In this document: positions 7,702-15,589 of the stretch, one piece after another
Numbering within the stretch: the stretch's first letter is position 1
How the letters are laid out: the number at the start of each line of letters is the position of its first letter
Source: a virus
Lineage: Duplodnaviria; Caudoviricetes
Virus record (IMG/VR): IMGVR_UViG_3300022074_005601
Location: 1-32,188 of that record
Length of the DNA: 32,188 nt
Direction: 5' to 3' (one strand)
Translations under genes and position numbers: made by a program
The notes under the pieces: model-generated
Seen by the model: the letters and a program-made list of their open reading frames with translations, nothing else
Databases searched by the model: none
Told to the model about the DNA's origin: nothing

Positions 7702-8174
7702 TGAACACATCTAACTTGTGGAAGAAAGTAAAAAAAATGGATTTAGGGAACCCCGTAATCACAGCTCTTGTAGGATTAGTTATTTTCTACATTGGTCTTA
7801 AAACATTCTCAGGCGGAATGAAATCTATGGGTAACATGGAACATCTTTCCTGGTTCACTGGTAACATATTCTATATGTTTATTGGTGGTATTGTGATGAC
7901 ATTGTTATGGCAGTCATCATCACTTTCTACTACAGCCATTATTGCTTTGGTTGCTAGTGGAGCAATTCCTCTACCGGCTGCAATCGCATGTGTACTGGGA
8001 GCCAACATTGGAACAACTGGTACTATCTGGCTTGCTGGTCTACTAGTTTCGGATGGCATACCGAAAGGAGACACGCTACGAATAGCTATAGCCCATACAG
8101 GTGTCAATCTGTTTATGGCTGCAACACTTCTACCATTTGTGCATCGAATAGCACAATTCCTAGGTCGATTCTAA
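7698..8174 (+). CDS. Na+/phosphate cotransporter family (NptA/SLC34-like), single repeat
   Basis: GLKTFSGGM, LWQSSSLSTT, LGANIGTTGT, AHTGVNL; hydrophobic throughout. The start is uncertain (7698/7701/7737). Confidence 0.88.
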   Translation: MMNTSNLWKKVKKMDLGNPVITALVGLVIFYIGLKTFSGGMKSMGNMEHLSWFTGNIFYMFIGGIVMTLLWQSSSLSTTAIIALVASGAIPLPAAIACVLGANIGTTGTIWLAGLLVSDGIPKGDTLRIAIAHTGVNLFMAATLLPFVHRIAQFLGRF

Positions 8175-8189
8175 GAATTGTTTTTTAAG

Positions 8190-8215
8190 AAAAGCGGGCT
8201 TTGGTCCGCTTTTTT
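8190..8215 (+). terminator. rho-independent terminator
   Basis: AAAA-GCGGGC-TTTG-GTCCGC-TTTTTT, at the end of the early operon and before a late promoter. Confidence 0.85.
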
Positions 8216-8229
8216 AATCTCCTAAAACT

Positions 8230-8237
8230 TATAAATA
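8230..8237 (+). promoter_or_regulatory. T4-type late promoter
   Basis: Exact TATAAATA, intergenic, upstream of a GAGG RBS. Confidence 0.85.
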
Positions 8238-8265
8238 GATCTAAGCATTCTAATGAGGTATTCAG

Positions 8266-9243
8266 ATGTTAAGATTTAAAAGTTTTTTATTGGAGAGGGA
8301 CGTGGCTGTAATCGATTGGAAGCAATTGCAACATAACGATCTTAGAAAAGACCCCAGCCGAAGTGGTATGTTTTTGGCCAAAATTAAAAATGATGAAGAA
8401 TTCTTAACTGTAAAAGGTCTTGTAAAAATAGATAAAAGCGAGTATGATGAATTCTCAATAGGTATGTCCAAATCAGGATTCAGCAAACTTAAAGTAAAAA
8501 CCACCAAAGGAAATTTGAGTTATCCAAAAGACTTTTACAAAACAGGTGAATTTGGTGGAAAGGGAAAGGGATCTGGAGTTGCCGCTGAGAACGCTGCTCT
8601 TACTATTGCACAATCAAATTTAATGAAAGCCCTTGAACAAGAAAAAGATCCTTATCTTACGTTAAGAATAGGTAAGCGAACTGTACAGTGCGCTTCAATT
8701 ATTTCTACTCCAAACCCAGGAGGAAGAGATCCTAAATCTGATTTTGCTATAGTTGATGTAAAAGGTAATATGGTAGCTCATATATCTCATAAAGCTGGAA
8801 GAGATGCTAAAGGATTCCAGCAATATGGTGGTGTTACTGATTTACCAAACGAACCTGAAATTGAACAGTTTGTAAATACTATTTTGAAAGAGAGGCCAGA
8901 AGGCTTAAAACCTGGTGATACATTCTATAGAAAACTAAAATCAGATCGTATTGCTAACAAATCAGTATATGGTGTGGATTTTGGTAACAGAACAGTTGGA
9001 GTCAATAACGTTGACGAGTTTCATCAAGGCACAATGAATTTTGTAAAACGTGGTAGAGGACATATTATTACATCTCTCCATAAAGGAGTTGTGGGAACTG
9101 TTACGCGAGGTGATGGTTATGAACCAATATTAGTAGCTCGATATAATAGAAGAATGGGAAGATATGGTACACTAATATTACCCAACTCTCGTATAGGTAT
9201 ATTCCCCATGGCAAAGCTATCAAGTAGATCTACAGAAATATAA
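8266..9243 (+). CDS. putative internal head protein with PD-(D/E)xK-like nuclease motif
   Basis: N-terminal MLRFKSFLLE; PKSDFAIVD...ISHK; GFQQYGG. Confidence 0.55.
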   Translation: MLRFKSFLLERDVAVIDWKQLQHNDLRKDPSRSGMFLAKIKNDEEFLTVKGLVKIDKSEYDEFSIGMSKSGFSKLKVKTTKGNLSYPKDFYKTGEFGGKGKGSGVAAENAALTIAQSNLMKALEQEKDPYLTLRIGKRTVQCASIISTPNPGGRDPKSDFAIVDVKGNMVAHISHKAGRDAKGFQQYGGVTDLPNEPEIEQFVNTILKERPEGLKPGDTFYRKLKSDRIANKSVYGVDFGNRTVGVNNVDEFHQGTMNFVKRGRGHIITSLHKGVVGTVTRGDGYEPILVARYNRRMGRYGTLILPNSRIGIFPMAKLSSRSTEI

Positions 9244-9247
9244 CACA

Positions 9248-10474
9248 ATGAACTTTAAAGATTACATTACTGAACAAAAAAATACACATATGACCCACAT
9301 TGAAGATAAGGTCATCTATGGTGGAGTAAAAGGTACACGCGAAGCTATCTTGGCCTTGCGTTCGTTAAGAGATACATTAGGAGGTGTTCATGATGGAAAT
9401 GTTAGTGTTAAATGGGATGGTGCTCCTGCTATCTTTGCTGGGACTGATCCTCGTGATGGCAGATTCTTCGTGGCGAAAAAAGGGATCTTTAACAAGTCTC
9501 CCAAAGTATACAAGAGTGATGCTGACGTTGACGCTGATACTAGTGGTGATCTTAATGCAAAGCTCAAACAGGCTTTACAATATCTACCTAATCTGGGGAT
9601 AAAAGGAATTATTCAAGGGGACTTCTTATTTGGACCAGGTGATGTTAAAACTCAACGGATCAAAGGTAAGACATATGTCACGTTCCATCCTAATACGATT
9701 GTTTATGCAGTTCCGTCTGGCACGGACATGGCCAAGCAAATTAAGGCAGCAAAGATTGGAATTGTATGGCATTCGACATACACAGGAAGATCATTCGAAA
9801 CGCTCAGAGTAAGTTATGGAGTAGATGTTTCAAAGTTTAGATCATCTCGTGATGTTTGGTCCCAAGATGCTATGCTAAGAGATATGACTAAGTTTACAAT
9901 GTCCAAAGAAGATACAAATGAAGTCAACGAATATCTAAAGACCGCTGGATTTATTTTCAATAAGATTGCTGGATCAACACTTAGACAACTTGAAGCAAAT
10001 CAGACTCTTGCCCAACACATTGAGACACACGCTAATAGTTATGTAAGAGCTGGCGCACTTCCACCTGACCCAGCTAGAAGAGTTGATGCACTTATTAAGT
10101 TTATTAACACCAAATACAAAAAAGAGATTGATACTAGAAAGACCACTGCTGGAAAGGCTACACAACAAAAGAAACTAGATGATCTTTTGTCTTTCTTTTC
10201 TACTCAAAATAAACGGTCTCTTGTGCAAATGTTTGAACTTCAGAGAGTGATTGTATTAGCCAAGCTAAAACTTATAAATACTTTAAATAAGCTAAACAAC
10301 CTGGATACTTTTCTAAAAACTACTAAAGGTTATAGAGTAACAGGTGAAGAAGGTTATGTAGCGATTGACCAGCTTGGTGGTGATGCGGTTAAAATTGTTG
10401 ACAGAATGGAATTTTCATTTGCCAACTTTAGCCCGACTGTATTAAAGGGATGGGATAAACCAGGGAGAAGTTAG
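9248..10474 (+). CDS. conserved T4-like phage protein (DUF6267-like) with ligase/covalent nucleotidyltransferase motifs
   Basis: MNFKDYITE; KNTHMTHIED; K55WDG, QGDF, E368GYV, VK382IVDR. Confidence 0.65.
   Translation: MNFKDYITEQKNTHMTHIEDKVIYGGVKGTREAILALRSLRDTLGGVHDGNVSVKWDGAPAIFAGTDPRDGRFFVAKKGIFNKSPKVYKSDADVDADTSGDLNAKLKQALQYLPNLGIKGIIQGDFLFGPGDVKTQRIKGKTYVTFHPNTIVYAVPSGTDMAKQIKAAKIGIVWHSTYTGRSFETLRVSYGVDVSKFRSSRDVWSQDAMLRDMTKFTMSKEDTNEVNEYLKTAGFIFNKIAGSTLRQLEANQTLAQHIETHANSYVRAGALPPDPARRVDALIKFINTKYKKEIDTRKTTAGKATQQKKLDDLLSFFSTQNKRSLVQMFELQRVIVLAKLKLINTLNKLNNLDTFLKTTKGYRVTGEEGYVAIDQLGGDAVKIVDRMEFSFANFSPTVLKGWDKPGRS
10273..10280 (+). promoter_or_regulatory. possible internal late promoter
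   Basis: Exact TATAAATA within the CDS, about 200 nt before the next gene. Confidence 0.5.
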
Positions 10475-10924
10475 ATGGCATTACTGTCATTCAAAGATAT
10501 GATAGCCGTTGAATACCGGCCAGGTGAAGACGAACTAACCAATTACAGAGCCAAGCGCCGTAAAAATGGTGCTATGCACGAAGCTGATGAAGCAGACGTA
10601 GACGAGGCTCTTACTCTCCAACAAAGAATGAAACGCTCACGTATGATGAAGCGAATGAAGTCTCGTATCAAGCTAGGACGAGATCGCGCTCGACGTAAAA
10701 TGGCCGATAAAGGTAAATTACAAAGACGTGCAATGAGACAAGCTCGTGATCAAGTTGTACGCAAGATTACAAAAGATATTCCTAAGTCAGAATTGTCTTT
10801 TGCACGCAAGCAAGAGATTGAAAAGAGAATGGACAAGCCACAGTTTAAGGCACGCATCCAACGTATGGCTCGTAAGATGTTTCCTAAGATTCGTCAGGCA
10901 GAAGTGAAAAGGAAAAAAGGTTGA
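10475..10924 (+). CDS. highly basic putative internal head protein
   Basis: SFKDMIAVE leader; acidic linker ending VDE, then an Arg/Lys/Met-rich helical domain. Confidence 0.7.
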   Translation: MALLSFKDMIAVEYRPGEDELTNYRAKRRKNGAMHEADEADVDEALTLQQRMKRSRMMKRMKSRIKLGRDRARRKMADKGKLQRRAMRQARDQVVRKITKDIPKSELSFARKQEIEKRMDKPQFKARIQRMARKMFPKIRQAEVKRKKG

Positions 10925-12771
10925 TTAATTCTTTTAAGAGTTATCTGGTTGAAGAGGAAAAGACTCTATACTTTGTTTGGGGTCGTATGAATCCTCCTAC
11001 AGCTGGCCACGAAAAGTTATTAGACTTTTTGAAAACCAAAGCTGGTAACAACCCGTATAGAATTTATTTGACTCAGAGTGAGGATCAAACAAAGAATCCA
11101 ATTCCGTTTGTGCAAAAGGTGAAGTTTGCGCGTAAAGGATTTCCTCAGTATGCCCGTCAGATTATGATGGATAGAAAACTCAAAACTATATTTGATGCTG
11201 TCACTTCTTTTTACAATGAAGGATTCAAAAGAATTGTAGTAGTAGCAGGTGGGGATAGAATTAGAGAATACGAGATTACTTTGAACAAATATAATGGCGT
11301 CAAGGGTCGTCATGGATTTTATAACTTTGAGAAGATCCAAGTGCTTAATGCAGGAAACCGTGATCCGGATTCTGAAGGTGTTGCGGGTGTATCTGGTACA
11401 AAGTTGAGAGGGTTCGTTAAAGATGGAGACTTCACTAGCTTTGCACAGAACATGCCTAAGAAACTTTCAAATGCAGATGCAAAGCAAGTATTCAATGCAG
11501 TCCGTAAAGGAATGGGATTAAAAGAACAAAAAGAATTTAAGAACCATGTACAGCTAGATTCTGTATCTTCTATGAGAGAAGCATATGTGTCTGGTAATCT
11601 TCTAAATGAAGGTGATATGGTTATTGTAAAAGATACTGATGAAGTAGCTACAGTTAGAATGCTCGGTGCAAATTATGTAATCGTAGAGGATTCGATGGGT
11701 AAGAAGTTTAGAAAGTGGATTGATGCTGTTGAACTTGTTGAGGTAAGACAAGATTCAGACATTGCAGATCGTAAAGGGACACAGCCTGCTAAGTACCACG
11801 CTGGTCTTTCTAAGTCAACTAAAGCTGCCCGCGATAGACAGTTTAAGAAACAAACAAAGATGGCTGATAACAATCCAGCAGCATATAAGCCAGCTCCTGG
11901 TGACAAAGACGCTAAGACAAAACCAAGTAAGTTTACTGTTGCTGTCAAAAAGATGTTTGGAGAAAGTTATACAGCATGGACTAATAGCGAACCAGTTGAG
12001 TATGCAAAACATTTAGAAAAGACTTTTGGTAAACCAGATGAGATGACAGACAGTCAACTTTGTTGGTTCTCCAAAGACGGATTCAAAAGAATTGTTATTA
12101 AAGACGAATATATTTTACATGGATCTCCTGCTCCTCATTATGATTTCATCTATTGCTATATTGATTTGAGTGTTCCAGAAAAGTATGCTACAGCTCTTGC
12201 TGAATCAAGTGGAAGCATTATGATTGACTTCTTAAAGAATGAAGTGGGTGCAAGATGTGGATCGATTACAGCCAATGCTACTACACTTAATTATGTGTTA
12301 GATGTTGTAGCTGAAAGAGTCAAACCAAGTAAAGAAGAATACGAAAAAAGAATTCTTGGTATGAGAAAAATGTTTGAGAATGGTGAGACATATACTACAG
12401 ACTGGTGGCCTGATGAATCCAAAGATGCTGATCCTAAGAATAAATACTATGCAGAGGGTCATTCAGCAGTATGTGGATGTGTAATAAATGAAGGACATGC
12501 AACATCAAGAGCACAACAAGCAGCCATTGCTATTTCTAAGAAAGAAAGAGAAGGTGAGCGCATGAAAGAATATAAGATGTCCATGAAGCCAACAAAGCCT
12601 CTTAGATTTAAAAAAATGTTTGAGAAAGATGCACAAGATGCTGCTAAGAAAAGAATTGATAGAGAAAAAGAACGAGTTGCTGTAAGACACGATCGTATGA
12701 TGGATCGTGCACGTACAAGAGATACAATTGCAAAGAACAGAGAGACAAATCCAAATGATAAAGTTCGCTGA
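10921..12771 (+). CDS. multi-domain protein with N-terminal HIGH-superfamily (cytidylyltransferase/NMNAT-like) domain
   Basis: MINSFKSYLVE; WGRMNPPTAGHEKL; NPIPF; VAGGDR; VSGTKLR; several further modules follow. Confidence 0.85.
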   Translation: MINSFKSYLVEEEKTLYFVWGRMNPPTAGHEKLLDFLKTKAGNNPYRIYLTQSEDQTKNPIPFVQKVKFARKGFPQYARQIMMDRKLKTIFDAVTSFYNEGFKRIVVVAGGDRIREYEITLNKYNGVKGRHGFYNFEKIQVLNAGNRDPDSEGVAGVSGTKLRGFVKDGDFTSFAQNMPKKLSNADAKQVFNAVRKGMGLKEQKEFKNHVQLDSVSSMREAYVSGNLLNEGDMVIVKDTDEVATVRMLGANYVIVEDSMGKKFRKWIDAVELVEVRQDSDIADRKGTQPAKYHAGLSKSTKAARDRQFKKQTKMADNNPAAYKPAPGDKDAKTKPSKFTVAVKKMFGESYTAWTNSEPVEYAKHLEKTFGKPDEMTDSQLCWFSKDGFKRIVIKDEYILHGSPAPHYDFIYCYIDLSVPEKYATALAESSGSIMIDFLKNEVGARCGSITANATTLNYVLDVVAERVKPSKEEYEKRILGMRKMFENGETYTTDWWPDESKDADPKNKYYAEGHSAVCGCVINEGHATSRAQQAAIAISKKEREGERMKEYKMSMKPTKPLRFKKMFEKDAQDAAKKRIDREKERVAVRHDRMMDRARTRDTIAKNRETNPNDKVR

Positions 12772-12991
12772 GTATATCAAAGAGGACGCTGGCAAGTCAT
12801 TTGCTGATAAAGCTAAGAAGTCTGGTATCTCTGTTGGTACATTGAGAAAAGTTTATAACAGAGGAGTCGCAGCTTGGAAAACAGGTCACCGCCCAGGTAC
12901 AACTCCATCACAATGGGGGCACGCAAGAGTGAATGCTTTCATTGTTAAAAAGAAAAGAGGCGGCCTCAACCATGATAAGGATTTAGCATAA
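12755..12991 (+). CDS. small basic viral protein (DUF5824-like)
   Basis: MIKFAEYIKE at ATG 12755; LRKVYNRGVAAWKTGHRPGTTPSQWGHARVN. The family name is from recall. Confidence 0.65.
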   Translation: MIKFAEYIKEDAGKSFADKAKKSGISVGTLRKVYNRGVAAWKTGHRPGTTPSQWGHARVNAFIVKKKRGGLNHDKDLA

Positions 12992-14058
12992 TGCCACTAA
13001 AAGTATCAGATGGAATCGGAGCTTACATTGACGACTTCAAAAAGTCTGATGCTCCTCAGTTCAAAGGTAAATCAGAAAAAGAACGTCGCGACATGGGTAT
13101 TGCAGCATATCTGTCTGCAAAGAATGGGCCTAAAAACGAATCAGTAAAAACTGCAGATAGAAAACCAGAGATGTATACCAAGCCAGATGGCAAACGTGGT
13201 GTACGGATGGTTCCTGTTGATAAAGAAGTTGTCAGCAAAGAAGATTCTGATGCAGTAAAAGCATTCCTTGCAAAGGGTGGTAAGATTACAAAACTTCCAC
13301 CAGGCAAGGCTCAAGGCTATCATGGTAAAGATGACCCAGGTAAAGATGTAGCTGGTGTAATGGATAAACCTGATACTGACAAATTCAGGACTCGTAAAAA
13401 AGTAAAGTCCATGGAATCTACAAATGAAGAAGATGGCCACTTCATGTATAAGGATGGCAAGAAAGTTATGGTTAAAACAAAAGCTGACCATGACAAATAT
13501 GCTAAGATGGGATATACAATGTCAGAGGCTCATCTTACTGGTCCATTGAATAAAGATGATAAACCATTTGTTGCTAATCTGGTTAAAAAACTTCGCAAAG
13601 GTTCTAAGACTCATGCCAAGCAAGCCGACGATCTTGAAAAGGCAATGACTACTGAAGTGTCTGCTGATAAACTTTCAAGTTATATGAGTAAAGCATCTGA
13701 TGCAAGTAAGCATAGAGGTATGCCTACTCGTAAAGTTGATAACAGATACGGTGGTGTCGCAATGGCACAAGACAAAATGGCTAAGGCTGGAATGATGGGT
13801 ACAACTGCTCAAAAAGTTTCGCGAGCAAAAGTTCCAGCAGGTAGGAATGTAAAAGAAGACACAAATTTTGAAGTCAATATTGAAGGCCTTCCTATGATGT
13901 TTATGTCCGGTATGAGTCCAGGCGAAATCAAAGCCAAGCTCAGAGGGATTGTAAAACAACCTTCGATGATTAATGGTGTCAAGAGAGTTACAGATGCTAC
14001 TGTTAGAAAATCGTTTCGCTTGAAAGCTCAAGGTAAAGACGAACAAGAAGATGATTAA
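12991..14058 (+). CDS. Lys-rich modular hypothetical protein, probably head-associated
   Basis: TAATG coupling; short modules (DDFKKSDAPQFKGKS, AFLAKGGKITKLPPG) separated by Glu-ending linkers. Confidence 0.7.
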   Translation: MPLKVSDGIGAYIDDFKKSDAPQFKGKSEKERRDMGIAAYLSAKNGPKNESVKTADRKPEMYTKPDGKRGVRMVPVDKEVVSKEDSDAVKAFLAKGGKITKLPPGKAQGYHGKDDPGKDVAGVMDKPDTDKFRTRKKVKSMESTNEEDGHFMYKDGKKVMVKTKADHDKYAKMGYTMSEAHLTGPLNKDDKPFVANLVKKLRKGSKTHAKQADDLEKAMTTEVSADKLSSYMSKASDASKHRGMPTRKVDNRYGGVAMAQDKMAKAGMMGTTAQKVSRAKVPAGRNVKEDTNFEVNIEGLPMMFMSGMSPGEIKAKLRGIVKQPSMINGVKRVTDATVRKSFRLKAQGKDEQEDD

Positions 14059-14332
14059 ATTTAAAACTTTCATCTCTGAGGACATGTCTGGCATGTCAGT
14101 ATCGTCTGGTCATAAAAGATCAGTTGCTCAGGGTGCAGGTATGACTAAAAAAGGGGTTGCAGCTTATAGAAGGCGCAACCCCGGCAGCAAATTGAAGACT
14201 GCTGTTACTACTGCTCCAAGTAAGCTAAAGCCTGGAAGTAAAGCTGCTAACAGAAGAAAAGCCTTTTGTTCTCGTTCAAGAAGTTGGACAAGCGAAAGAG
14301 GTAAAGCAGCTCGCAGAAGATGGAATTGTTAG
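14051..14332 (+). CDS. small basic protein (DUF6321-like)
   Basis: MIKFKTFISE; GMTKKGVAAYRRRNPGSKLKTAVT...RRKAFC...RRRWNC. The family name is from recall. Confidence 0.7.
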   Translation: MIKFKTFISEDMSGMSVSSGHKRSVAQGAGMTKKGVAAYRRRNPGSKLKTAVTTAPSKLKPGSKAANRRKAFCSRSRSWTSERGKAARRRWNC

Positions 14333-14361
14333 CAAACTAACTTACTATACTACAAGATTCT

Positions 14362-14369
14362 TATAAATA
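14362..14369 (+). promoter_or_regulatory. T4-type late promoter
   Basis: Exact intergenic TATAAATA. Confidence 0.8.
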
Positions 14370-14388
14370 GTTACACAAGTGTAACTAT
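14367..14388. repeat. perfect 10-bp inverted repeat (operator-like)
   Basis: ATAGTTACAC-AA-GTGTAACTAT. Confidence 0.85.
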
Positions 14389-14447
14389 CTGGTATATTAT
14401 TCTCTGTCATTAGATTCTGAGTTGACTTCATTTTAAAGGAGTAAATT

Positions 14448-14927
14448 ATGGATCCAGTTTCAGCTTTAGCTACCGCATCGGCTGCATTTGGCGTACTGAA
14501 AAAAGGTTTTCAGGTGGGGAGAGACATAGAGTCCATGGCCGGAGATTTAGGTCGGTGGATGAGTGCTATGTCCGACTTATCAGAAGCAGAACGTCAAGCT
14601 AAAAATCCTCCTATATTTAAAAAACTAGCTTTCAAAGGTTCAGTAGAAGAAGAAGCCATACAGGCATTTGCTGCTAAAAAGAAAGCAGAAGATATGCGTT
14701 ATGAGCTTAAACAATTTATCAGTCTATCCTTGGGATCGAGTAAGTGGGAGGAGCTCGTGCGCATGGAAGGACAAATAAGAAAAGAAAGACAAGAAACTAT
14801 ATACAAGCAAGCTCAACGCAGACAAAAATTTGTAGAATGGGTAGGCATCATTATTCTTACATCTTTAATGGGAGGGGGATTCGTGGGATTAGTTTGGCTT
14901 TTATATAACGCTCATCACGGAATATGA
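14448..14927 (+). CDS. hypothetical protein with C-terminal TM helix
   Basis: AAGGAG RBS; helical; hydrophobic C-terminus. Confidence 0.8.
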   Translation: MDPVSALATASAAFGVLKKGFQVGRDIESMAGDLGRWMSAMSDLSEAERQAKNPPIFKKLAFKGSVEEEAIQAFAAKKKAEDMRYELKQFISLSLGSSKWEELVRMEGQIRKERQETIYKQAQRRQKFVEWVGIIILTSLMGGGFVGLVWLLYNAHHGI

Positions 14928-15274
14928 AACGATACGTTTGGATAGATAACAGTTTATTAGTTTTATTTTTTATATTGTTCTTATCATTCATAGCGTTTGT
15001 TCCTCGAGCTCAGGCAGTAGATTGGACACACGAACAAAAATTAAGATTAGGTCTTATTGATAAAAAGACGATGGTGACGTGTAGACTAGCAAAGAGGAAA
15101 GTTATTAAAGAACAAAAGATATGTATCTATCTTGGAGCAAATAACACGACAGATACTATCTTCATAGATAAGTGGGAGTACTGTCCTAGACAAATACAGT
15201 GTGTGTATGAACCTGAAAAGGATACACCTAATATTTTAGAAATGATGGAAAGTTTAGAAGAGAGCTTAAAGTAA
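14924..15274 (+). CDS. exported/membrane-anchored Cys-containing hypothetical protein
   Basis: Signal-like N-terminus ending AQA; four Cys (CRL, CIY, CP..IQC). Confidence 0.75.
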   Translation: MKRYVWIDNSLLVLFFILFLSFIAFVPRAQAVDWTHEQKLRLGLIDKKTMVTCRLAKRKVIKEQKICIYLGANNTTDTIFIDKWEYCPRQIQCVYEPEKDTPNILEMMESLEESLK

Positions 15275-15580
15275 ATGATTGAAGTTACAGATAATGCAAA
15301 GCAATATTTGGATAGTGTCAGAAACGATGATTATGTGACCTTGGGAGTAAAAGGTGGAGGATGTTCTGGATTTCAATATGTTTGGGATTTCAAAAAGAAC
15401 TGGCCAGATGTAAATTGGAGTGAGCCTTATAAAAATGTACTTGTATTAGATCCTATGGCTGAAATGTTTGTTGCAGGATGTACAATAGACTATGTAAATG
15501 AACTTGGTGGATCTTATTTAAAAGTAGTGAACCCAAATGCTACTGCATCATGCGGATGCGGTGAAAGTTTTGCGGTATAG
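15275..15580 (+). CDS. iscA: A-type Fe-S cluster carrier (IscA/HesB/ErpA family)
   Basis: GVKGGGCSGFQY; IDY; NPNATASCGCGESF. Confidence 0.95.
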   Translation: MIEVTDNAKQYLDSVRNDDYVTLGVKGGGCSGFQYVWDFKKNWPDVNWSEPYKNVLVLDPMAEMFVAGCTIDYVNELGGSYLKVVNPNATASCGCGESFAV

Positions 15581-15589
15581 GAGAATGTT

